Shown piece by piece: positions 34,986 to 47,700 of a stretch of DNA of 64,000 bases. Position 1 is the first letter of the stretch, and each line of letters opens with the position of its first letter. Source of the DNA: Oopsacas minuta (taxonomy: Eukaryota > Animalia > Porifera); NCBI GenBank assembly GCA_024704765.1, contig JAKMXF010000309.1:221204-285203 (forward strand). Direction: 5' to 3'. A program made the translations under genes and the position numbers. The notes beneath the pieces were generated by a model, which worked only from the letters and a program-made list of their open reading frames with translations, was not told the DNA's origin and searched no databases.

Positions 34986-35423
34986 TCAAGTTGACATCAC
35001 CATCTTTACGAAATCCTCGTAATTGACTTGACCCTGACTATCTTCAATTCCAGTCAAAAGTGAATCGACTTCCTCATCCGATAATTTCTCACCTAAACTA
35101 GTCAAAACGTGACGTAATTCCGCACTGCTTATTGTACCGTTACCGTCCTTATCGAATACACGTAATCCTTCTATGAAATCTTCCATAGTCCCTTGAGTTT
35201 TCTTCTGCTTTTGGGACCGGCAAATTGGGAGAAATTCCTCGTAGGTTAGTCGCCGTGTCCCGTGGGGATCAATCTCGTTTACGATTTTCTTTATCTCGGC
35301 TTCGGTAGGGTTCAGGCCTAGAGCGCGTAGGACATCACCTAGTTGTGTGGAATCTATTTTAGAATCTCCTTTCTTGTCGAAGAGGAGGAACGCGTCTTTT
35401 GATTCAATATCACGATCGTCCAT
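34986..35423 (-). CDS. Myosin essential (alkali) light chain, MYL6-like, intronless
   Basis: [68 protein letters not shown]. Confidence 0.92.
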   Translation of the reverse strand: MDDRDIESKDAFLLFDKKGDSKIDSTQLGDVLRALGLNPTEAEIKKIVNEIDPHGTRRLTYEEFLPICRSQKQKKTQGTMEDFIEGLRVFDKDGNGTISSAELRHVLTSLGEKLSDEEVDSLLTGIEDSQGQVNYEDFVKMVMST

Positions 35424-35841
35424 TTTTTGCTAGATAAAATTGAAAACATCAGAAATTTGTTATTTGTAGGAATTTGAAATCAGCAGGTAATCAGGTGCAA
35501 CTATCTGAATTACCATATAAGGAAATAATCGAACAATAATCGAGAAAACCTTATTCTTATAATTCACAAGCAACTTATAATAATTTGATTAGTTAAGAAG
35601 CATTATCAGGTTTTGAGCTATTAAAGCTTTCGAAATGGTGAAACATAATATACCTCCACAAACGGGAAAGTATTTTCGGCGTCCCTGTAAAACCAAGTCA
35701 TGAAAAGATGGGAGGGGATCTGAATATTTCCAGAAGCAATATATGTATGGAATGAAGGACAAATATACTCATCGCTCAGTAAAATGGAAAATTCAAGTGA
35801 ATATGAATAGGCATCGAATGTCTACTGATATAATATAGTCA

Positions 35842-35867
35842 GTGTGTGTGTGTGTGTGTGCGTGTGT
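35842..35867. repeat. (GT)n microsatellite
   Basis: GT run with one interruption. Confidence 0.9.
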
Positions 35868-36305
35868 ATGGTTGTGTATGGTTTTATATATGGCATAGCT
35901 AAAACAATAAAACATGAAAACTAGAACCATGGTTCTCAAAAGAAATTCAACAAAACAGAGCCTGTTAATGCGAAATCTTAAGATGACCACGAATTAATGC
36001 AAATTTGAACCTCACACTTGCCAAGAGTCAAACCTCGAAGGATTCTGGGATTATCTCGGAATGTCACGTCTTGTCCAAGGGAAAGATTTGAAGATTCTAG
36101 GAAAATTTGCTAGTTTTTACAATATTTCTGCATATTTTCGGCTGTAATATCGGGGAAAACGAGAAATCAAGGGAAGGGTATTCGGCATTAAAATCCTAGC
36201 AAATCGGTGATATGTTACCATATTAATTTCGGCGAAAATTGTTAAGCAAGATATAGCAACTATTTATATACGTCATGACAAAAATACAATTACCATATAA
36301 TTACA

Positions 36306-37568
36306 CTAACAATGAAGGAATTTCTGCTTCATTAATTTCTTTAGGTTCAAATTCGCAGCACCTTCAATTTCTGTTATTCGCTGACAACAAACATTCTCCT
36401 TGCCTACCTCATTCAAATCTAACACTTTGACTAGACAAAATCGGCCTTGCCGAATTCTATAGGAATTCGGCTTGAGGCAGAACTTTGAAATTCGTGAATT
36501 CAATCTTTCTATATTATTTATTTCGGAATTTAAGTCATAATTCAGATTTGATTTGAGTTTTTCGAATTTATCAAGCATTCTCTGATATAAAAGCCAATCA
36601 ATATAACTCCATTCTATTATAAGATCTTGTTGTTGTTCTGTTAATTCATCTTTGCTATTATTCTTTACTGCTGAGTTTATTTGGAAATAAGCTACGTCAC
36701 TATAATCTAGTTGGAACATTTTCCTGAAAATCGCCATTGACTCAATAAAGTGTTCTGCTATAAATACGAATTCAACTTCTCTATCTACTCTTTCTAAGAA
36801 TTTATCGATTTCTTGTTGGTAAATTGAACTTTGAAGAATTTCTTTACGACCAACTCCACCCGGGATTTTGTAATCTAAGAGACCGAAAACTTGAGATTGC
36901 TGGTTCCATGTAACATATTCTCTTGGGCTATCAGCCAATTTGAAATATTTTGGAAAATCAAAATACTTCCTTGAAATTTTCAATGGATTTTTAATAAAAT
37001 CCTTGAAACTTATTCGTTTCTCTTTCAGCGTGCCTGCAACATCCATATAATTCATATAAGACATCAATTGATTGATCGGATTTCTTACGCTAGCAAATAT
37101 CCTGGTGCCTCTTGGCATAGTTTTTTCAAGTAGCCCTTTCCCCTCATATCTACTATGAATTGTACTCAGATTGTATGTCTTACCACACGAGGGTATCAAT
37201 GGTCTGTTCAATGAGGTATCTAAATGTGAGTATGGGAAAATTTGGTTTTGATTTACATCTTGTGGTTCGACAAATGTCAAACCATGCTTCAAACCATAGC
37301 GATATAATATATTCGAAAGGGTTGTACTCGCTGCTTTGTATGATTTGATGAGATAGAAATTTTGTATATTCTCTCCAGTAGATTTCTCACATTGTAAGAA
37401 AGATTTGAATTCTGATTCTATTTCTTCGTCATTTAATACTGTTTGTTTTATAGCAATTGTAATAGGAAATTCTTCTTTTTCATATATATATTTGTGGAAT
37501 TTTACAATCGCAAAAATTATGAAGAGTAGTCCACATATTAATACAGTATATCTCTTTGTTCTATACAT
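36306..37568 (-). CDS. Galactose-3-O-sulfotransferase-like, copy 1 (type II membrane), intronless
   Basis: N-terminal TM; 5'-PSB-like KSYKAASTTLSNILYRYG; 3'-PB-like VRNPINQLMSY; FVFIAEHFIESM, IDWLLY. Confidence 0.88.
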   Translation of the reverse strand: MYRTKRYTVLICGLLFIIFAIVKFHKYIYEKEEFPITIAIKQTVLNDEEIESEFKSFLQCEKSTGENIQNFYLIKSYKAASTTLSNILYRYGLKHGLTFVEPQDVNQNQIFPYSHLDTSLNRPLIPSCGKTYNLSTIHSRYEGKGLLEKTMPRGTRIFASVRNPINQLMSYMNYMDVAGTLKEKRISFKDFIKNPLKISRKYFDFPKYFKLADSPREYVTWNQQSQVFGLLDYKIPGGVGRKEILQSSIYQQEIDKFLERVDREVEFVFIAEHFIESMAIFRKMFQLDYSDVAYFQINSAVKNNSKDELTEQQQDLIIEWSYIDWLLYQRMLDKFEKLKSNLNYDLNSEINNIERLNSRISKFCLKPNSYRIRQGRFCLVKVLDLNEVGKENVCCQRITEIEGAANLNLKKLMKQKFLHC

Positions 37569-38621
37569 CAGAAATATATCCTAATTCTTATGTACAAAGA
37601 AATGCAATGTAAACTCACGTACAGTAAACTACCGTTATATCGAATCTCATAGGGCCGCGATAATCACTTCGATAAAAACAACATATGGTACTTTGACGTT
37701 TGGGGGCCATATTTGTACAATTTAAGACTGCGATATAAACGGGTATTCGATACAACGGGGAGTTGAATTTATACACTTGATTATATTAGCGTATAATTAT
37801 TGTTAATATTTTGCAGATGAGCATTTATTGCTCAGTTTCCTATAAAATCATGGATGAGAAACAAGTAAATGAATTAAATAGCCTAATACAGTAGAACTTC
37901 GTTAGTACGAACACGGTTAACACGAATTTCCTGGACAATATGAACAGATATGTACACAAATCGGCTCCCTATATTAGTTTTCAATTGATATTACTCCAAA
38001 TAAGAAGTAGAAATTTCGAAGGTCACCTCCTGTATTCGATTCCGACAATATTAGCAAGAAATGATCAACATAAGAATAATTACAACTATCTTGGCGTCTA
38101 AGAATTCATCACATTCGTTCAGAAATTTCTTTTTATATTATTTCAGCTGTATAATGCTTAACTCACGATATACATACATATTTTCATATCATTCTATACT
38201 TTGGTTTATAAGAACATGTAGATATTTATGGCAAATGGAGAAGATGAACATGTAATTATTCATGCATACAATGAATCCTTTGGATATGCAATTGTTTTAG
38301 AATTTACTTTTCCAAAAGTTAGTTTACGGTGGATCTAGTGGCGTTGAGTGGCTTTGAATAGGGGGTGGTGTTTTGTCAGAAATTGCCCATTAGTTATTTA
38401 ACCATGGATGGCAGATCTATATTATGTTATGCCGGAATTTCCAGTCCTATTGTATATACAAGGAATGCCTCAAAATGACTTTAAAATATTCAATCTGAAT
38501 GAACAAATACGGATATGGGCGCTATAGGTCATCAGCACAGTTTCAAAGTGAAAACCATGGTGAATTATAGCGATTTGAATTGTTGAAATTATAATGAATT
38601 ATATATCAAATACAGACAAAA

Positions 38622-39875
38622 TTAACAATGGGCTGAGCTCTCTTTCATTAATTCCTTCAGAATACGGTTAATCTCCCATTCTTGTTGTGTTATTCTCTTA
38701 CAACATACATTCTTCTGCCCTTCTTTGCTTAAATCTAACAGTTTTATAGGGCAAAATTCTCCTTGTACAATTTTGTAGTGATTTGGTGTAGTGCAAAAAT
38801 CTAAAATTCTTGCACTCGTCCTTTCAATAATATCAACTTCGTAATTTAAGTCATAATTCAGATTTGATTTGAGTTTTTCGAATTTATCAAGCATTCTCTG
38901 ATATAAAAGCCAATCAATATAACTCCATTCTATTATAAGATCTTGTTGTTGTTCTGTTAATTCATCTTTGCTATTATTCTTTACTGCTGAGTTTATTTGG
39001 AAATGAGCTACGTCACTATAATCTAGTTGGAACATTTTCCTGAAAATCGCCATTGACTCAATAAAGTGTTCTGCTATAAATACGAATTCAACTTCTCTAT
39101 CTACTCTTTCTAAGAATTTATCGATTTCTTGTTGGTAAATCACATTTTCTAGAATTTGTTTACGACCAACTCCAGCAGGTATTTTATAATCATAGAGACC
39201 GAAAACCTGAGATTGCTGGTTCCACATGGAAAATTCAGTTGGACTATCAGATAATTTGAAATATTTTGGGAACCATAAATATTTTCTCGAGTACATCAAT
39301 GGGTCTTTAATAAACTTGTTGATGTTTATGCCCTTCCTCTTTAGAATAGCTGCAACATCCATATAATTAAAAAATGATATCAGTTGACTGATCGGATTTC
39401 TTACACTACCAAATATTCTCGTGCCTTTTGGCATAGTTTTTTCAAGTAACTCCTTCCCTTCATATCTACTATGAATTGTACTCAGATTGTATGTCTTACC
39501 ACACGAGGGTATCAGTGGGTACTTCGAAACAGTGTCCAAATGTGAGTATGGAAATATTTGGTTCGTTTTTAACGAATTTGGTTCTACAAAAGACAAACCA
39601 TGCTTCAAGCCATAACGATATAACACATTAGAGAGTGTGCTACTCGCTGCCTTGTAAGTTTTTACGAGATAGAAATTTTGTATATTCTCTCCAGTAGATT
39701 TCTCACATTCTAAGAAAGATTCGAATTCTGATTCTATTATTTCATTTGGTGTTTTTCGATTTACAGCAATTGTAACAGGAAATTCTTCAATTTTATTTTT
39801 GCTTAAATATACAATCGCGAATATTATCATCACACACATTAATAAGATAAAAATACATCTTTTTCGCCTATACAT
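38622..39875 (-). CDS. Galactose-3-O-sulfotransferase-like, copy 2
   Basis: Same motifs (KTYKAASST, VRNP); tandem paralogue. Confidence 0.88.
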   Translation of the reverse strand: MYRRKRCIFILLMCVMIIFAIVYLSKNKIEEFPVTIAVNRKTPNEIIESEFESFLECEKSTGENIQNFYLVKTYKAASSTLSNVLYRYGLKHGLSFVEPNSLKTNQIFPYSHLDTVSKYPLIPSCGKTYNLSTIHSRYEGKELLEKTMPKGTRIFGSVRNPISQLISFFNYMDVAAILKRKGININKFIKDPLMYSRKYLWFPKYFKLSDSPTEFSMWNQQSQVFGLYDYKIPAGVGRKQILENVIYQQEIDKFLERVDREVEFVFIAEHFIESMAIFRKMFQLDYSDVAHFQINSAVKNNSKDELTEQQQDLIIEWSYIDWLLYQRMLDKFEKLKSNLNYDLNYEVDIIERTSARILDFCTTPNHYKIVQGEFCPIKLLDLSKEGQKNVCCKRITQQEWEINRILKELMKESSAHC

Positions 39876-40073
39876 CAGGAATATCCTAAATGAATCCCTA
39901 ATTAAAATAACTTATAAGAACATGTTTGCTACCCTCAAGGGTGTACTTATAAGCAATAACCATTATAAGTTGGAACAACATCCAAGGCTTCTCAACCACG
40001 CGAAACAATACAATGGGGTCTCTTATTATTATACATACATTTTAAGAAAGAAAAATACAAGAATTTACAAGAA

Positions 40074-41348
40074 TTAACAATGGGCTGAGCTCTCTTTCAT
40101 TAATTCCTTCAGAATACGGTTAATCTCCCATTCTTGTTGTGTTATTCTCTTACAACATACATTCTTCTGCCCTTCTTTGCTTAAATCTAACAGTTTTATA
40201 GGGCAAAATTCTCCTTGTACAATTTTGTAGTGATTTGGTGTAGTGCAAAAATCTAAAATTCTTGCACTCGTCCTTTCAATAATATCAACTTCGTAATTTA
40301 AGTCATAATTCAGATTTGATTTGAGTTTTTCGAATTTATCAAGCATTCTCTGATATAAAAGCCAATCAATATAACTCCATTCTATTATAAGATCTTGTTG
40401 TTGTTCTGTTAATTCATCTTTGCTATGATTCTTTACTGCTGAGTTTATTTCAAAATAAGCTACGTCACTATAATCTAGTTGGAACATTTTCCTGAAAATC
40501 GCCATTGACTCAATAAAGTGTTCTGCTATAAATACGAATTCAACTTCTCTATCTACTCTTTCTAAGAATTTATCGATTTCTTGTTGGTAAATTGAACTTT
40601 GAAGAATTTCTTTACGACCAACTCCAGCAGGTATTTTATAATCATAGAGACCGAAAACTTGAGATTGCTGGTTCCAGAAAACTAAATTCAACGGCCTATT
40701 CAAAACCTTCATTTCGTTTGGGAAATCTAAATATTTTCTAGAATATTCCAAAGGGTTTTCAATGAAATGATCGAAAGTAATTCCATTCTTCTTAAGTGTG
40801 TCTCCGAATCGCAGATAATTGTAAGACGATTGTAGTTGACTGATCGGATTTCTTACACTACCAAATATTCTCGTGCCTTTTGGCATAGTTTTTTCAAGTA
40901 ACTCCTTCCCTTCATATCTACTATGAATTGTACTCAGATTGTATGTTTTACCACACGAGGGTATTAATGGGTACTTCGAAACAGTGTCCAAATGTGAAAA
41001 TGGAAATATTTGGTTCGTTTGTAACGAATTTGGTTCTACAAAAGACAAACCATGCTTCAACCCATAACGATATAACACATTAGAGAGTGTGCTACTCGCT
41101 GCTTTGTATGATTTGATGAGATAGAAATTTTGTATATTCTCTCCAGTAGAATTCTCACATTTTAAGAAAGATCTGAATTCTGATTCTATTTGATTTTTTG
41201 TTGAATTTTTCGTTGTTGCGAAAATGTGAGAAATTTCATGTAATTCTTTATAATAAACTTTGACCTCTCGTATACTAATAATAACTACAATCACAAAAAT
41301 AAAAGTTATTAAGACAAATTTGATCGCATTTTTCTTTGGTTTAAACAT
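40074..41348 (-). CDS. Galactose-3-O-sulfotransferase-like, copy 3
   Basis: Same motifs; the last ~355 nt are identical to copy 2. Confidence 0.88.
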   Translation of the reverse strand: MFKPKKNAIKFVLITFIFVIVVIISIREVKVYYKELHEISHIFATTKNSTKNQIESEFRSFLKCENSTGENIQNFYLIKSYKAASSTLSNVLYRYGLKHGLSFVEPNSLQTNQIFPFSHLDTVSKYPLIPSCGKTYNLSTIHSRYEGKELLEKTMPKGTRIFGSVRNPISQLQSSYNYLRFGDTLKKNGITFDHFIENPLEYSRKYLDFPNEMKVLNRPLNLVFWNQQSQVFGLYDYKIPAGVGRKEILQSSIYQQEIDKFLERVDREVEFVFIAEHFIESMAIFRKMFQLDYSDVAYFEINSAVKNHSKDELTEQQQDLIIEWSYIDWLLYQRMLDKFEKLKSNLNYDLNYEVDIIERTSARILDFCTTPNHYKIVQGEFCPIKLLDLSKEGQKNVCCKRITQQEWEINRILKELMKESSAHC

Positions 41349-41781
41349 TTATTTGCAGATACACTTATTGACTACTTATACTTCTCAAGATGTTTGTGAC
41401 TATATTGTAGGAAAACAATAATTCGAAATTCAAATGAAACCTATATTTATCATCTGGATTTGGCGGTTTTATGAATGCTATTGGTGTGTAGGGTATCTTA
41501 TCACAATATTGAATGTAGCGAGGCCGAATAATATAGTTGACTGTATGAGCTTCAGATTAATGAATCTATTTTTATAATATATCCCTTGTTGCCTGGAAAA
41601 TTAACCGGAATACTTATATGGTATAAGAAATTATGTAATTGTAACTGCGAATTTCTTGTAAAATTTTTGTAACAGTATTTCCAAAAAATGATAGAAATAC
41701 AATTAGAAATATAATTCAAGTGTACGTACTTGCTCTATGTAATGACAAACTAATAAGAAAACTATAATTTATGAAAAGCAA

Positions 41782-44372
41782 TCAATCTTCATCTGAACCG
41801 GCCATTCTCGTGTGTTTTGCCTTAGGTTCATCTTCATTTCTACTACGTTTCCCCAGAGCAACCTTTTCATCATCTTCTTCACCGGTTTTCTTCTGGAATG
41901 ATCTAAATCCTCCTCGGCCCCTTCGACCACCGCCACGATTCGACCGACCACCCCATTTTCCACGACCACCACCACGAGAAAGCCCGCCCATTTTCTGTCG
42001 CTTGCCCATGGAACTTATACACTGACATATACGTACCCAATCTTTTTGTTCATCTTCTCCATCTAATATTTTATATTTTATCATAGACTCTCCAAACTTT
42101 ATAGTATCTTCTTCAGATCCTATTGCGTCTACTGCCCCGTTTTCTGCATTGAACATGACGACACAATCCTCATCTCCTATCTTCATATCTACAAACCTGA
42201 CCTTATCTCTTCCGAAATGATCTTTAATATTTTCCCTACGTGTCGTGTTTGGTAAACCTTCAAGTTTGAGTAGAGCGCCTATAAATTGAAGGTAAAATAA
42301 ATTTGATAGTGAAACTATAGTTATGTGGGAGATATCCAAAATGGGAATTTCATGTGTCAGGGTTTCATACAGAGGGGATTCCCCACACAGCCGGATCCTC
42401 CCCCAAGAAATCCTAAAGATTAACACTGAATATTAGGTGTTATGACAACAGTAACAATATGAATGATAGTTATGAAATTATGATTCTTTCCCCTCAGCAA
42501 AAAATCCTGTACCTTGAGTGTTAGAACCATATTTTTGTAGAAAATTTTGTATCGTGGCCAACCTAAATCGACCCTTTTGTTCAGTTTGTTGATATTCGGC
42601 TACCCCTCGCCATTTTGATCAAGCTTGGCCAAAATGGCTATAGAACTTCAACTTGACGAAAAATGACTCAAAATATCTCTGTGGACAGTGTGGACAAGTT
42701 TGGTCATCCAAAATATATACTAAAAATCTAAAATTTAATAATGTATCTGTGAAGTTGGAATGTTTTATCACAGCTTGAAAAAGTAACGACAAAATAAATC
42801 GAGTGTCTTTGTGATGTATTGATGAAATTACCTTAAGCGTGTAACCTCGTTAAACGAATTCTCGGATAAGACGAACAAATATTCACATAAAATGAGGTCC
42901 CTATAATCATTATTCAATTGTAACTACTCTGTATAAAGGACACATTTGACAGTCCGTTGGTGTTCGAATTACGAAGTTCAATTGTACCTTTAAGAAATGG
43001 AATATCATGTTGAACTTTCTCTCTCAATTGCTCAGATTTTTCAATACGCTGTTTCTTTTTATATTCTTGATGTTCAATAGCCTTTTTCTCCAAATAATCT
43101 TTCTTCATTAATCGAATAAGTTCTGTGTCTTTATAGCTAATTGTGTCGTCTTTCACAAAGTCAGTTGCGACAGATTCTTCAGCAAATTCTATGAAAACTG
43201 AGCCTTTGAATGTCTTCTTGTCTTCAAAGGCAAAAATATAAAATTGTGAATTTGCATTGTGAATGTTATCAGTCCAGTCGTATCGCTTCTATCTTAAATT
43301 CCTATGGCCCATATTCGTATCTATGTAGGTCACTGTATTAAGTAGAGGCAATGCGAATGTGAGAACTTACTTTGAAATGTTCTCATTTAATCAAATTGAT
43401 CTTGCCAAAAGTTTCAAAAAAACTTTCCAGTTCATCAATAGTACTCTCTAAAGGAAATCCCTTAGCATATATCGATTTAGAATGATCGAAAAATGCAAAT
43501 TCAGACGTTTCAGGCAATGGGGTAATCCTCCGTATTTTCGTATTATCTTCAAATACTTCAAGTAAACCAGATGTACTTTGTCTCAAAGCTGTAGCTATGA
43601 AGGGAATGTCTGTACTTAACTTCTTGAGACGATTGAAGTTGAGTATATTCTCTAATGCTACCCAACCAGCTTCATTACCTAACAAAATTATATTAAAAAT
43701 TGTATATATCAATTTAAAACACAGATTTTCACGCTTATATGCACACCCGATCGTAATTGTCTTTGTATTATGAATTTTCAGTATTCACCCCCCCGTTTTA
43801 TTAATGAACCTTAATTCTAAAGTATATTTAAATTTCGAAATATTCAAACTGTGCCGACAGCCAAAATTGGAGGCACTATCTATCTTAAATAACAGTGTAA
43901 CCTCCACAATCGGGGCCTGTGGAAACGGAAATTCTGGAAACGTAGTGAACGTAAATAGAATGAGAGTACCATTAAATGGCCCTCAACAAACGGGAAGTTT
44001 GGCAGAAACAGGGTAGCTCGGTGTCACTGACATTCCGTTTGTGGAGGTTACACTGCTTTTGATCAGTATTGGACAATTTCAAATTGGAGGAAGTGAAAAA
44101 ATCCAAAAACATATGAGAACCTAAAGGATTACGGCGACTGTAAAATATTGAATTATCTATAATTTAAAATCACCTTCTTCATGAAGTATCCTCAATAAGT
44201 ACTTGTCTCTAGGAAGATTCTTATCTCCAAAATAGAATTCAATTTGTTTGATAATCTTAGCTTCTAAATCTGGATCTTTAGCTTGAGTATCTTCTGTACT
44301 AATTCCTGTAGAATCTGGTATTTCTATTTTGTCGGTTTGTTGTTCTGTTGTATCAGGTTGTGCCGTTGCCAT
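41782..44372 (-). CDS. SSB: La autoantigen (La motif + RRM1 + RRM2 + basic/RG-rich tail), multi-exon
   Basis: KIIKQIEFYFGDKNLPRDKYL, FNRLKKL, SIYAKGFP, FKGSVFIEF, second RRM and basic tail. Confidence 0.9.
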
Positions 44373-44417
44373 AGTAACGCTAAATTCGTGAATTTACCAT
44401 ATATAATCATATAAATA

Positions 44418-44558
44418 CAGTGGATGCCGGTTATAAGAACATGCCGGATATAAGCACCATCCTCTGGAAATGTTTCTCATATATTCCTGTATATTTATAT
44501 CGGTTATAAGAACATGTATTACTACTCCCAAGGGGGTTCTTAAAACCGGTATCAACTG
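44418..44558. mobile_element. MITE family B (TA-CAGT..GGTTATAAG type)
   Basis: CAGTGGATGCCGGTTATAAGAAC...AAAACCGGTATCAACTG; related copy at 45415-45562 with TA flanks; fragments near 18760, 39910 and 59520. Confidence 0.75.
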
Positions 44559-44706
44559 TGATAGGAAAACAACATAGTTTCCCCGAGACCAACTTGCCCA
44601 ATACCTTGTTTTTCATCAACAGCCATTAGGACATCTCCCTTGTACTGAAATAACTGGAACACACAAACCGTTGTTCCATAAATTAAGGAGGAATACTTTA
44701 ACACTT

Positions 44707-47700
44707 TTAAACGGAAACATTAATAATTTTAATATCATCAAAAGGCTTGAATGTTTTCGGATGAACTTTGACCTTTGAAATACTCACAACAACATCCATA
44801 CCCTTTCTAACACGACCAAACATAGTGTGCTTCATGTCTAACCATGGACAGGGAACTACAGTTATGAAAAACTGAGATGCATTTGTGTTTGGACCGGAAT
44901 TTGCCATGCTAAGCATGTAAGGTTGTTCATGTTTTAAAGTTGGATGGAATTCATCTCCAAACTCTTCTTCCCAGATTGATTCTCCACCTGTGCCATCACC
45001 TACAGGTAAATGTGGATATAAAGAGCATTTGAGTAGCAAGATAACAGCCAAGTTTCGTGCGAGAAAATATGAACATAGAAAGTACATTTTGTATGGTGAA
45101 CAGTGGGCATAATAGCAAATTCGTGTACACTAGCAAGGGAAATTCATGCAAAATATGATTTTGGTCCCAAAATTAGGTCATTTACATACCTAATGGATCT
45201 CCAGTCTGTATCATGAATTGATCAATAACACGATGAAATATAACATTATTGTAATAACCATTCTTTGAATGAACTGTAAAATTCTCAACTGATTTAGGGC
45301 ATTTGTCTGCAAATAGTTCAAGATGAATATCACCTGAAAAATTAAATCAAAGAATAAGTCAATATAATGGTATTCGTCTATAGTATACTTGTCAACCCTC
45401 AGCAAATTCCCGTACAGTCGTTGTGACTTATAAGAACACCGGTTATATATTATAAGAACCATCCTCTGGAAAACGATTCTCATAAACTCTTGTAGAATTC
45501 ATAGCTGCTATAAGAACAAATTTTCCTAGTCCCAAGGGTGTACTTATAAGCGATAACCACTGTATTAACAAGGAAATTCATACAAATTACGATGTGCTAT
45601 AGGCGAATTCCACTGTATCTCAAAGAAATGCGATTTATGCTAATTTCGAGATTCCTAAGAAACAGACCCATGCTTGTATGTAATATAGCAGATTTCGCTA
45701 TTCTCAATCCTTTCGCATCTAAATTCGTCTCTAACGCTAAGATCTGTTCTTCTCTTGATGGCCTCTCATTATACACATCTCTATCATGCTCATCTGCGGA
45801 AATTGACACTGGTTCTCTGTCAGTAAACAGAAAAAATCTGTTAGACTTCGCAGATGTAGCTATTAAAGTTGGATCAGGTGATTCAGGTTTGAGTGATGGG
45901 TTGTCAGAAAGTGTCATTTCAAGGGTCAAAGCTGTTTTATGTTTCGTAGGAATACCTATTAAATTGATTAATCATATGATAAATCATGTAGCTATACTCT
46001 AGATTTGAAAATGACAAAACTAGAATCTAACACTACTTTGATTCCGAATTTCGCTATTTCAAGTCATTTGTAAACAATAATTCATATAAAAAAATAGAGG
46101 CACGAAGTGCCGAGTTACATGCGAATACAGAGTGTTCGCAAGCCGAGCAGCGCGAGCAAGCGAAATTGCTCGTTAATTATTAATTATCAGAGGTGCAAAA
46201 CCCCAATCAAAATATATATGTGTGTGTACTAATTTAATGTAAATCGGGCTGTTAGATTTCGCACGGCCGCGAAGATGGCCAGAACGGAAGTAAGGACGTC
46301 GCACACCGTCCATGCTATTAGGACATTTCCCTATAGGCCAAGTGGCCCGAACAACCGTGGCTCTATTAAACGGAGTCTACTGTAGATATACATACCTTGA
46401 TATAAACAGATATCAATAAATCGCATTCCTTCATCTTTCCCGAACACTTTAATACAAGTACCTGACCCTACATGTACAACCTTAATACCCAGAATACATG
46501 TGTATATGAGGAGAGTATTTGTTTCATCAAAAATAGCTCTCCAATCGTGAATTTCGTTTGTCCGTTCTAATTCCTTCTCGACAGCAATTCTCCGCCTCAA
46601 TTCCATATCTTGTAAATAGTTCTCCTGTTTCGTTGGTTCAGTCTTCTCGTTTATATTAGCTTGATGCTGTTTGTAATAGTCAATTGATTCGTCAAGGATG
46701 AATTTAAGTTTTCCTAAAAATCAAAAGTTGCATTTAGCTGGTATTATACCTGCTAACCCTCCTGGGATTCACACACGATCAAGGAGAAAGTTATTTTTGC
46801 TATATTTCTGGATATTTACTGATGTGGAATAGGGGGGGGCAAGATTGAAATCCCAGAAAATTGTGAAAAGGGTTGGTAAGTATATTGTATGTGTATTTTG
46901 AAAGTTATGATCTTATGGCCATTTCCATTAGGCTATTGTTGTAGGAAACTTGATTCATTTCCACTGCCCGCATCAAGTTTACCTGCAGCATGAATATTGT
47001 TAAAATATGATCATTTTCTTAATGGAATTAAAATTACACAATATATTTACTAAATAACGAGTGAATAGTATGATTTTATCTTCACAGACCTCCTTTAACA
47101 TAGTTCGAAGTAGATTCATGAACTGTCGACTTTGTATTATGATAACGCCAGAAAATAATGAGATAATACTAACTAAGTACAGCGGCTATGCGTAGTATAA
47201 TTATTCTAACCTGTTAATGTATTGAAAACTCTAATCTTCTTATCAGAAGCAGTGAGGGAAAACATCAATCCATTCGGAGAAAAGCATATTTGATAAGGTT
47301 TAGTTTTAGCCTTGAAAAGTTCATACAAATCAGTGTCTGTTTTGTAAAGAAATTTCACCCTTTCTTTAGGGAAATAACACTGTGCATCTGTCCATTGCCA
47401 ATATTCAATCATACCAATTTGATCGCAAGAAATTACAAAATCAAAATTTGCAACAAAATCCATTATAACGACTGGATTCATGTGTTTATTCTCAATTATC
47501 TGAAACTCCTGTTTTTTATCACCTAGAGCTTCGATTATGTAAATATTAGGCGAATTCTTGTCAGAAACTGCGAGAAGGAATTTCGCAGAAGTACCATGGC
47601 CTTTGGTTAGCCAGCAGCAGGTATTTACTGCGAAATCTAGCAGGAACATATTAATCAAATCAAAACTGATTATTTCGAATATTTTAACAGCATTATCCGC

